Origin: an uncultured Actinomycetota bacterium
GTDB taxonomy: Bacteria > Actinomycetota > Actinomycetes > Streptosporangiales > Streptosporangiaceae
NCBI GenBank assembly: GCA_963735415.1
Contig: CAVTLB010000034.1
Coordinates: forward strand, 127-64,126
DNA length: 64,000 nt
Direction of reading: 5' to 3'
Part shown: piece by piece, positions 55,785-64,000 of the stretch
Position numbering within the stretch: position 1 is the first letter of the stretch
How the letters are laid out: each line of letters opens with the position of its first letter
Notes under the pieces: model-generated
Database searches by the model: none
What the model was told of the DNA's origin: nothing
The model's input: only the letters and a program-made list of their open reading frames with translations
Program-made: the position numbers and the translations under genes

Positions 55785-57895
55785 TCAGGCGGTCAGGAGC
55801 CGCTGCGCGGCGGCGGCGAGCTTTAGCAGGGCCAGGTCAGCGTCGCGGCGCCCGGCGAGTTGCAGCCCGACCGGGAGGCCGGGGGCCGGCACCGGGATCG
55901 ACACGGCTGGATGGCCGGTCAGGTTGTACGGGCCGGTGAAGCGGCCCTCGGCGTTGTCGCCGCCGACGCCGAACGGCGGGTCCTGCTCGGGCGCGCAGAA
56001 GCCGACGGTTGGCCCGGCTAGTGCATCGACGCCGGCGAGCGTCTCCTCGACCGCCGCTGACAGCTCGGCCTGGGCCGCTCGGGCGCTGGCGTATTGCCCT
56101 GGCGTGACCGCGGCACCGAACGCCAGCAGGGCGCGCGTTCCCTCGGCGTACTGGCTCGTGTCACGGCCCGCGTGGGACGTGGCAGCCTCGCTGGCGACGA
56201 TGACGGTCAGGGCCTCCTCCCAGCGCTGGGCTCCTCCAGCCACGGGGACTTGATCTCGCGCAGCCGCCAGCCGGCCGCTGCGAGCCGGTCGAGCGCGGCC
56301 TGCACGGCCTCACCCACCTCTGGCGTCACGGACGGGTCGGCGAGCTGGGCCGATAGCACGCCAATCACGGGAACGCCGACGGCGGCCGGTGCGGGCAGGG
56401 GACCGGCGATGGCCTGCAGCAGGGCAATGCTGTCGGCGGGCGTCGAGGTGAGCGTTCCCGCGTGGTCCAGGCTCGGCGACAGCGGGAACACCCCGTCCGC
56501 CGGCACGAGGCCGTAGGTCGGCTTGAGGCCCACGACGCCGCAGTAGGCGGCGGGGATGCGGATCGAGCCGCCGGTATCGGTGCCGATCGCCAGGTCACAG
56601 ACGCCCGCGGCGACCAGCGCGGCTGACCCGCCCGAGGAGCCGCCGGACGTCCGTGCCGGGTCGCGCGGGTTGCGGGTGTCGCCGACGAGCGGGTTGGCGA
56701 AGCCGGCGGCGAACTCCAGGCACTGCGCGGTGGCGAATACCTCCGCGCCCGCCCCGCGGAGCCGGCCGACCAGCGCCGCGTCGGCGGTGGCGGGCGCGTC
56801 ACCGCTGGGCGGGCTGCCGTACATGGCCGGCAGCCCCTCGACCGCGATGATGTCCTTGACCGCGACGGGCCGCCCGGACAGGGGACCCGACGCGGACCGG
56901 CGCGGCGCACCCGCCACCGAGGCCACGGCGTTAAGCGGCCGCCCAAGCCGGTCGAGCCGCTCGTAGGCGGCGAGCAGGTCCAGGTTCTCCCGGGAGCAGG
57001 TCCGCTCCCCCGCCTCGATCGCGGCGATGAGCTCGGCGGTCCGCCTGATCAGGAATCCCCGGAGCGGGCCAAGGATCGCCTCGGCTTCCGTCTTGCGGCG
57101 GCGGATCATCAGGTCGCGGTAGATCCCCGAGTGCGACTCGGCCGACCGCCGGCTGACGTCCGCGAGCCGGGGCAGCGATCCCGGCAGGTCCTCCGGGTCG
57201 AACCCGTCCAGCGGCAACGGCCGCACCGGGGCCTGCCCGAGCACTTCCCTGGCGACCGCCAAAAGCAGCGGGTGGTAGGCGGGGTCGTCGAAGACCTCGT
57301 GGATCGCCAGGTCGCTGACGGCGGTCGCGAACACCATCGCGCCGTAGGCTTCCTTGCCCCAGACGAACCCCATGACCTCCGTCGTCGCCTCGGCGTCGGC
57401 GATATCCGCGGCCAGCGCGCCGATCCGCGCGGTCGGGGTCCCGTCGATCTCCCCGATCTTGAAGGTCCCCCGGCTGCCGCGCATCACCACGCCCGGTGCC
57501 ACGACGTCGGCAGCGAAGTTGACGCATGCCTGCACGACCCGGCCTGGTCCCGCCGCAGCGGCCAGCGCGGGCGAAGGCAGCCCGTCCTGCAGCGAGGCGA
57601 CGAACCCCTCCCCCGCGAGCCGGCCTGCGAGCAGCGCGGCGGCAGCGGCCGTGTGCTGCTGCTTGCACGCCAGGAGGACCGGGAAGTCGATCCTGTCGGG
57701 CAGATCGCCTGGGCCGATCGCGGTGGGGCGGGCGGTGAACTGCTCGACCGGTCCTTCGATGCGCAGGCCGGCGACGTTGATCGCCGCGACGACCGCCGGG
57801 TCGGCGTCGCAGGCCACGACGTCGTGGCCGTCCCTGACGAGTCCGGCCGCGACGGTCCCGCCGATCGCCCCGCAGCCAAGCACCAGGTACCTCAT
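55785..57895 (-). CDS. Ketopantoate-reductase-like / amidase-signature fusion protein (frameshift near 56230)
   Basis: N-terminal [20 protein letters not shown]; in-frame amidase motifs [24 protein letters not shown]; tail [11 protein letters not shown]...GLPVGLQL. Confidence 0.82.
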
Positions 57896-57932
57896 GGGCG
57901 AAAATAGTAGCGGTCTGAGTCCGCGAGCTGGA

Positions 57933-58172
57933 TCAGCGCCCTAGACACCACACGGGATAACACCGAGAGGGCAGACTTCCAGCCACTCCACCCGCCCGTG
58001 TACCGGGATCCGGTTCGGGTGTTGTCATACGTCCGGTGAAGGTGCAGAAGCTGGTGGCCGGGGCGGCGGACGCGGTGCCGCCTCCCGTGATGAGGCCGAG
58101 ACCGAGCACGGGCAGGGCGAGTAGCGCAAGGAGGATTGCGGGGCGCAGTTGTTGCGGGCAAGTAGGTGACAC
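57933..58172 (-). CDS. Short secreted protein or 5' remnant of one
   Basis: Signal peptide RPAILLALLALPVLGLGLITGGGTASA-AP; divergent from the SARP gene. Confidence 0.4.
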   Translation of the reverse strand: MSPTCPQQLRPAILLALLALPVLGLGLITGGGTASAAPATSFCTFTGRMTTPEPDPGTRAGGVAGSLPSRCYPVWCLGR

Positions 58173-58240
58173 TTCCGGGGCACCCGGTCTAACCTCAACA
58201 TGATTGGCTTGGGTACATAAGCCGCGCATAGGAGATCCGG

Positions 58241-61153
58241 ATGCGTTTCGCGCTATTGGGGTCACTGGTGGTAGCGGACAACTCGGGTCAGCCTGTAGCG
58301 CTCGGCGGACCGCGGCTGCGGGTCCTGCTCGCGGCACTGCTGCTGCGAGCGGGCACTCCGGTACCGGTCGGTGAGCTGGCCGAGATGGTGTGGGACGGCT
58401 CGCCCCCGTCCGGGGCCGTCCCGACGCTTCGCTCGTATGTCAGGCGGTTGCGCCGGGCGCTGGGCGATGATGCGACGCGGATCGTCGCGCTTGGCCCTGG
58501 CTACCTGATCCGCGCGGAACGGCCGGAGCTGGACGTCCTGGAGTTCGAGGCGCTGTGCCGGGACGCCAGGGCGGCGTTGCGGGCGGGCGAGTGGGCGGAC
58601 GCGTCGGCCGCGACCGCGCGGGCACTGGGGCTGTGGCGGGCGGCCCCGCTGCTGGACGTGCCCTCCGAGGCCCTGCGGGCCGAGTTCGTTCCCCGCCTTG
58701 AGCGGCTGCGCCGCCAGGTCCTTGAGGACCGCTTCGATGCCGGGCTCCGGCTGGGGCACCACCAGGAGCTGGTCCCTCAGCTGCTGGAGATGACGGCCCA
58801 GCATCCGTTGCAGGAACGGTTCCACGCCCAGCTCATGCTCGCGCTGGCCGGGACCGGGCGGCGGGCTCAGGCCCTGCATGCCTACCAGGAGGCACGCAGG
58901 ATGCTCGTCGATGAGCTCGGCATCGAGCCCGGCCCTGAACTGCGCGATATCCACCGGCAGATCCTGGCGGGCGAGGTGACGGACGCGGATGACAGGGCCG
59001 GCGCGGTCCTGCCGGGCAAGATCTCGGCCGCGAACCTCACTGGCACGCTCGCGGGCGCCAGCGATTCCGCGGCGAGGCAGGCTCCGGCACGGGCGGCGGC
59101 GGAGCCGGACGGGCTGATGCCACCGCGGCCCGCGCAGCTTCCCTCGGATATCGCCGACTTCACCGGCCGCGCAACGCAGGCTGGCCACTTGTACGATGCG
59201 CTGACCCGCCCTGAGGCGGCCAGCGGCCCCGGGACCGTGCGGGTCGTCGTGGTCGTCGGGGCGGCGGGCCTGGGCAAGACGACACTGGCGGTGCACGCCG
59301 CTCACCAGGCACGGGGGTTCTTCCCTGACGGGCAGCTGTACGTGAACCTGTCCGGTGCCTCCGACCATCCGGCGGCACCGGGCGAGGTACTGGCCAGGTT
59401 CCTGCGAGACCTCGGCGTTGACGGCGACAAGATCCCGGCGGGCGAGGATGAGCGCGCGGCGCTCTACCGCACGCGGCTGGCCGGCCGGCGAATGCTGATC
59501 ATGCTTGACGACGCCAGGGACGCTGCCCAGGTGCGGCCGGTGCTGCCGGGCAGCGCCTCCTGCGCCGTCCTGGTGACCACGCGGAACAGGGCACCCAACC
59601 TGCTGGGCACCGGGCTGGTTGACCTGGGCACGCTGGCCGGCCCTGAGGCGCTGGAGCTGTTCTCTCGGATTGTTGCTGATGCCCGCCCGGCCGCCGAGCC
59701 GGAGGCGACCGCGGAGATCCTTCGGGCGTGCGCTGGGCTGCCCCTCGCGATCAGGATCTGTGCCGCGCGCCTGGCGACGCGCCCGCAGTGGCGGATCGCC
59801 ACGATGGCCGCCCGGCTGCGGGACGAGCGGCGACGGCTCGATGAGTTCCAGGCCGGTGACCTGGAGGTCCGGGCCAGCTTCCAGGTGAGCTACGACAGCC
59901 TGGGCGCTGGCCGGCACCGGGTCGATCCCGCGCGCGCCTTCCGCCTGCTCGGGCTTTGGCAAGGCCAGTGGATCAGCCTGCCCGCGGCGGCGGCCCTGAC
60001 CGGTGAACGGGAAGGAGATGCGGCAGGCGCCCTCGAGACGCTCGTCGACGCGAATCTGCTGGAGTCGCCAGAACCGGACCAGTACCACCTCCACGACCTG
60101 CTGCGGCTGTTCGCGACCGAGCGGGCACAGGCCGAAGAGGCACAGGACGCACAAGCCGGGGCAGTGAGGCGACTGCTCGAGTGGTACCTGACGACGGCCA
60201 TAGCGGCCGCGGACACGATTTCTCCCCGCCGCTACCGCATCCCGGGCGAGGAACCGCCCGCTCCCGGGCCGCTGCCAGGTCCGGTGCATGACGCCTGGGC
60301 CTGGTACGACGGCGAGCACGCGAACCTGATGGCCGCCATTCGGCAGGCGGCGGAGGCCGGGTATCACGATGTGGCCTGGCGGCTGCCCACCGCGCTCTTC
60401 CCGTTCCTCAGCCGGCGGCAGAATCACGTCGACTGCGTCGCCGCTCACCGGATCGCGGTGAACAGCGCCCGCCTGACCGGGTCCCGTCCAGGGGAGGCCT
60501 GGGCACTGCACCATCTCGGGTTCGCGCTGGCCAAGCTCGGCGACGCCGAGGCCTTCGACTGCCTTCAGGAGGCATCCGCCATGCGCCAGGAGGCGGGAGA
60601 CCTGGGCGGCGAAGCCCGCACCGCGATCGCGCTCACGGAAGCTCACCTCGTAATCCACGGGCCGCAGGCGGCCTATGAATATTCGCTGCGGTGCCTGAAC
60701 CTGCTCCGCAAGGCAGCCGATCCCGCGCTCCTCGGGATCGGCCTGAACAACCACGGCGATATCTGCTGGCTGGCCGGCAAGGCAGACGAGGCAACCCAGT
60801 CCCTGCACGAGGCACTGGACACCCTGACAGCCATCGGGGGCGGAAACGGGCACGGGCAGGTGATGGAAAACCTCGGCCAGATCCACCTGAAATCCGGCCG
60901 CCTGCACGAGGCCATCGCCAGCCTGTCCGAGGCGCACCGGCTCTACCTGGCGCAAGGCCACCTAGAGGGGCAGGCCATGGCGCTGAAGTGGCTGGGCGAG
61001 GCACAACAGGGCGTCGGCCGGACGGACCAGGCCCGGGAGTCGCTCCAGGCGGCCTTGGCCCTTTTCACGAACCTCAACGCCGCAACGGAGACAGAGAACG
61101 TTCAGTCCATGCTCGCGGCGCTGGCACAGCCCCCCGATCCGATAGCCGGATAG
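58241..61153 (+). CDS. AfsR/SARP-family regulator (second paralogue): wHTH-BTAD-NB-ARC-TPR
   Basis: MRFALLGSL, HPLQERFHAQLMLAL, GAAGLGKTTLA, CAGLPLAI, YHLHDLLR, TPRs; GGAG RBS. Confidence 0.93.
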   Translation: MRFALLGSLVVADNSGQPVALGGPRLRVLLAALLLRAGTPVPVGELAEMVWDGSPPSGAVPTLRSYVRRLRRALGDDATRIVALGPGYLIRAERPELDVLEFEALCRDARAALRAGEWADASAATARALGLWRAAPLLDVPSEALRAEFVPRLERLRRQVLEDRFDAGLRLGHHQELVPQLLEMTAQHPLQERFHAQLMLALAGTGRRAQALHAYQEARRMLVDELGIEPGPELRDIHRQILAGEVTDADDRAGAVLPGKISAANLTGTLAGASDSAARQAPARAAAEPDGLMPPRPAQLPSDIADFTGRATQAGHLYDALTRPEAASGPGTVRVVVVVGAAGLGKTTLAVHAAHQARGFFPDGQLYVNLSGASDHPAAPGEVLARFLRDLGVDGDKIPAGEDERAALYRTRLAGRRMLIMLDDARDAAQVRPVLPGSASCAVLVTTRNRAPNLLGTGLVDLGTLAGPEALELFSRIVADARPAAEPEATAEILRACAGLPLAIRICAARLATRPQWRIATMAARLRDERRRLDEFQAGDLEVRASFQVSYDSLGAGRHRVDPARAFRLLGLWQGQWISLPAAAALTGEREGDAAGALETLVDANLLESPEPDQYHLHDLLRLFATERAQAEEAQDAQAGAVRRLLEWYLTTAIAAADTISPRRYRIPGEEPPAPGPLPGPVHDAWAWYDGEHANLMAAIRQAAEAGYHDVAWRLPTALFPFLSRRQNHVDCVAAHRIAVNSARLTGSRPGEAWALHHLGFALAKLGDAEAFDCLQEASAMRQEAGDLGGEARTAIALTEAHLVIHGPQAAYEYSLRCLNLLRKAADPALLGIGLNNHGDICWLAGKADEATQSLHEALDTLTAIGGGNGHGQVMENLGQIHLKSGRLHEAIASLSEAHRLYLAQGHLEGQAMALKWLGEAQQGVGRTDQARESLQAALALFTNLNAATETENVQSMLAALAQPPDPIAG

Positions 61154-61168
61154 CGCCTTATCACTGAG

Positions 61169-61253
61169 GACTTCGCACACTCTGCGACCACTTTTCAGAG
61201 AGATATGGGCGAAATGTCCATACGGGAGGTGTGCGAAGTTCGCGGGAGGGTGC
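61169..61253 (+). repeat. 85-bp dispersed repeat, copy B
   Basis: Inverted near-identical copy of 55557-55641. Confidence 0.85.
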
Positions 61254-61580
61254 CGCTGTGGCTGAAGTGGCCGGGGGCCACTCACAGGGCAGATCATTCG
61301 CCACCGACTGGCTCGAGCCGCGCGAAAGCGCCCACGTCTACTCTGGCCTGGCCGTCGCCCCCGAGCGCAGGTCGCCTCCTGCGCGGTGCGGGCGGTCTTG
61401 CGTGATCTTGCCGCATCTGTCGCCTGGCCGCAACTCGGGCCTGCCGGGCGGCCCCATTCCTTCCTTGCACTTGGCGCGGATGGCGGTCCGCGGCATTTAA
61501 CCTGCGTGGATTCACGAGCGTACCGAGCGTGACCATGGGTGGGTTATCCTGTGATGTCAACTTCCGGCGGAACGGGCGGC

Positions 61581-62387
61581 ATGGAACTTCAGCAAATCGG
61601 GCTGCATCATCCCGCGGCCGAACTCGTGCGGGACATCCAGAAGAACAAGAGCGGGATTCCCCGGCGGATGTTCGTTGCTGAGGGCCTTTTCGAGAACAAC
61701 ATCGTTCTCGAGACGGGCGTGCAGGTCGAAATGTTCTTGTTGTGCCCTGAGGCGATGTACAGCGATGAGGCGCGCAAGCGGGCTGCTGAGTTGTCGCAGC
61801 GGGCGCGCAAGTCGTACCAGATTTCAGCCAAGACGCTGAGGTTCCTGACGGAACGGCCCGATCCTGACGGGCTGATATCGGTGGCACGACTGCCGGACTG
61901 GGGACCGGATACGATCAACTTCGATGCCGACGCCCTGGTGCTCATCACCGACGCGCTTGAGATTCCCGGCAACCTGGGAACGCTGATCCGCACGCTTGAC
62001 GCGGTGTCGGCTGACTGCCTGGTCATGGTCAACCGGCGTACCCGGCTCACTCACCCGAAAGTGATACGCGCCAGCCAGGGAATGAGCATCCGGGTTCCCA
62101 GCTTTGACTTCGACGACGTTCACGAGTGTATTGCGTGGCTTGACGACCACGATTTTCAGGTGTTCATCGCCGACGCGGGCGACAGCGTGAATTACCGCTC
62201 GGCCGACTACAAGGGGCGGACGGCTCTCGTAGTCGGCAGCGAACGTTACGGCGTCTCTAAGCCGTGGTACGAGGCTGGGTGCAAGCGGGTGGGTATCCCT
62301 ATGCTGGGCAAGGCCGATTCGCTTAACGTGTCGGTGTCGGCGTCGGTCCTGCTCTATGAGGCACGCGCGCAGCAAGCCGGGTGGTAA
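61581..62387 (+). CDS. TrmH/SpoU-family RNA 2'-O-methyltransferase
   Basis: FVAEG, PGNLGTLIRT, VIRASQG, LVVGSERYG, IPMLGKADSLNVSVS. Confidence 0.92.
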   Translation: MELQQIGLHHPAAELVRDIQKNKSGIPRRMFVAEGLFENNIVLETGVQVEMFLLCPEAMYSDEARKRAAELSQRARKSYQISAKTLRFLTERPDPDGLISVARLPDWGPDTINFDADALVLITDALEIPGNLGTLIRTLDAVSADCLVMVNRRTRLTHPKVIRASQGMSIRVPSFDFDDVHECIAWLDDHDFQVFIADAGDSVNYRSADYKGRTALVVGSERYGVSKPWYEAGCKRVGIPMLGKADSLNVSVSASVLLYEARAQQAGW

Positions 62388-62593
62388 CCGGGTCCTAGCT
62401 CCGTGGCCGCGCCTGCGCCGCGGAGCATCTGCCCCGGTGGGCAGGTTTCAGCGGGCACAACCTCGATCGACCGACATCGGGCATACATCGGATCATTAAC
62501 GGAATATTTCCGTACATCCGATTGACTCATGCCGACAGCTGGGGGAACCTCACTGTCAGGAATTCCTGAGACATCCGATGAACAACGCCGGCC

Positions 62594-62854
62594 ATGGGCG
62601 TGTCAGCCGTCGTTCACGCCATCCGCGGGGTGGGAGCCACCGCCCCGGGGACCCCGCTCCAGACATGGAACTACGGGGGAACCGGCAACACCAACGCCCT
62701 GTTTGCCAGCGCCCTGCAGTACTCCGGCTACTACACCTTCACCGCCGGCAACTCGGGCCTGTGCATAGCTGCCCCTTCCGCCAGCGGCGAAGCCCAGCTC
62801 CAGCAGAACGCCTGCAACGGCACCACGTCCCAGGCGTTCAGCCTGCTGCCATGA
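62594..62854 (+). pseudogene. Ricin-B lectin fragment
   Basis: GTPLQTWNYGG, NSGLCIAAP, LQQNACNGTTSQAF: about two lectin subdomains, with no signal peptide or clear start. Confidence 0.55.
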
Positions 62855-62902
62855 GAGCAGAGTAGACATTTGGTCCTGTGATGGCGGGCGGCTCGGGAGT
62901 TG

Positions 62903-63000
62903 CGGAAGCCTGCCTTGCCGCTGTAGCGGCAAGGCAGGCTTCCGGACCGACTACTTCTCTAGTCGGCTCCCGCCGTCACCGCTGCACACAGCGGTGACGG
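62903..63000. terminator. Three consecutive hairpins between convergent genes
   Basis: 20-bp inverted repeat 62903-62944; short CCGACTA..TAGTCGG; CCGTCACCGCTG..CAGCGGTGACGG. Confidence 0.65.
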
Positions 63001-63021
63001 CAGGAGGATCGGGATGTCGCG

Positions 63022-63522
63022 TCAGCTCCCGTTGGCCTTCCCGCCGGGCGTGACCGCAGCCATTGGCTCGCCGGCCCGCACCGGGATGCGCTTGGCCTGT
63101 ACGTCCGGCGCCTTGGGCACCAGGACCCGGAGCACGCCGTCCTGTGCCGTGGCCTCGATCTTCCCCGCCTGGATGTGGCCGGGCAGGGTGACCGCGCGGC
63201 GGAACGCGCCGTAGTGGCGCTCAGACCGGTGCACCCTTTCCCCGGCGGCGTCGCGGGCGGCGTGCCGCTCCCCCTGGATCGTCAGCAGGCCGTCCCCGAA
63301 AGTGATCTCCACCTCGTCGGGGCTGACACCGGGCAAGTCCGCCGACACCTGGTAGGCGTCCTGGCGCTCGGATATCTCGATCGCCGGGGCCCATGCCACC
63401 GCTCCGGCATTGGCCTCGTACGAAAGGCCGTGCCGCCTGGCCCGCCCCAGGCCCGTACGCATTAGCTCGTCCTGCGCCGCGAGCACGTCGTCGAACAGGT
63501 CCCAGCCTGTGGTGACTGTCAT
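63022..63522 (-). CDS. Hsp20/alpha-crystallin small heat-shock protein
   Basis: WAPAIEISE, ADLPGV, LTIQGER, ERHYGAFRRAVTLP, DGVLRVLVPK; GGGAG RBS. Confidence 0.92.
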   Translation of the reverse strand: MTVTTGWDLFDDVLAAQDELMRTGLGRARRHGLSYEANAGAVAWAPAIEISERQDAYQVSADLPGVSPDEVEITFGDGLLTIQGERHAARDAAGERVHRSERHYGAFRRAVTLPGHIQAGKIEATAQDGVLRVLVPKAPDVQAKRIPVRAGEPMAAVTPGGKANGS

Positions 63523-63607
63523 CTCGTTCTCCCTTGCATCTGGCCAGGCCAGCAGCCTGGCACCCGGAAGAACACCGCTCAGGTGAACACCATTCATTTC
63601 CGAGCTA

Positions 63608-63644
63608 CAGTGTTCACTGTACCGTGAACACTGTTCACTGTCAA
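63608..63644 (-). promoter_or_regulatory. Near-consensus promoter with overlapping palindromic operators upstream of hsp20
   Basis: Minus strand TTGACA-N17-TACAGT; the spacer contains GTGAACAGTGTTCAC. Confidence 0.75.
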
Positions 63645-63759
63645 TATGGCCAGCCGAGCCGGGACATGCCCTTGGCCACCGCCGCCACGAGGTAAGTCGT
63701 GGCGGCGGATGGCCGGCCTGGTGCCGCCCGGGGCTGAATCGAGCGCCGGGCTTTTCATG

Positions 63760-64000
63760 TCATCCGCTCAGGATCTCGATGCCGTTGACCTGGGCGTTGT
63801 CCTTCACGGTGGCGAACTGGATGGTGAGCGTCCCGTTGCTCGGGGCGGTCGCCGTGAACTGCTCCACGACCGCCTTGTACTGCGCCGGCGGTGGCGAGGA
63901 TGTCGAAGTTGGTCAGCACCTGCGTTCCGTCGATGGAGACGTTGAAGACCCGCGAGCCCGTCGTCGTCCAGTACTCCTCGGCGAAGTGCAGCCGGATCGT
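63760..64000 (-). CDS. C-terminal malectin domain of a gene starting beyond the window
   Basis: IRLHFAEEYW...RVFNVSIDGTQVLTNFDI...KAVVEQF...DNAQVNGIEIL; one small indel. Confidence 0.8.

Noticed and set aside
10763-57895. Programmed frameshifting or mass pseudogenisation
   Set aside because: Indels are scattered over unrelated genes with intact motifs and no shared slippery site; sequencing error is more parsimonious, though unproven without reads.
58262-60961. 899-aa minus-strand ORF
   Set aside because: Antisense shadow of the SARP gene.
42834-62387. Antibiotic biosynthetic cluster implied by SARP/LAL regulators and a methyltransferase
   Set aside because: No PKS, NRPS, RiPP or other core biosynthetic genes in the window.

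Overview
High-GC actinomycete-type DNA (taxonomy inferred from gene content and codon bias), apparently from an unpolished long-read assembly. Many otherwise intact genes are split by short indels, and the first ~3.7 kb is heavily corrupted. The left part (1-25.9 kb) holds ordinary transport, regulatory and catabolic genes: two ABC systems, a beta-propeller phosphoesterase, an APC/glutamine-synthetase-like/amidohydrolase trio, MFS-TetR, ROK-GH3 and tandem AhpD genes. An accessory block (25.9-46.2 kb) starts with a truncated tyrosine integrase. It contains a ~3,200-aa secreted RHS/LamG protein, a ~579-nt ORF-less group II intron, two ricin-lectin secreted proteins (one an S53 protease homologue with all three catalytic residues replaced) and an AfsR/SARP-NB-ARC-TPR regulator. 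An 11-bp-period ATGCCCC repeat array lies upstream of the RHS gene, upstream of the lectin genes and beside the regulator, suggesting a SARP/STAND-controlled secreted-effector regulon. The right part has an MtrAB-like system with a GerMN lipoprotein, a LAL regulator, a ketopantoate-reductase/amidase fusion and a second SARP paralogue (these two bracketed by an 85-bp inverted repeat pair), a TrmH methyltransferase and hsp20. No CRISPR array, tRNA or rRNA was recognised. All calls come from motif reading; no database search was run.
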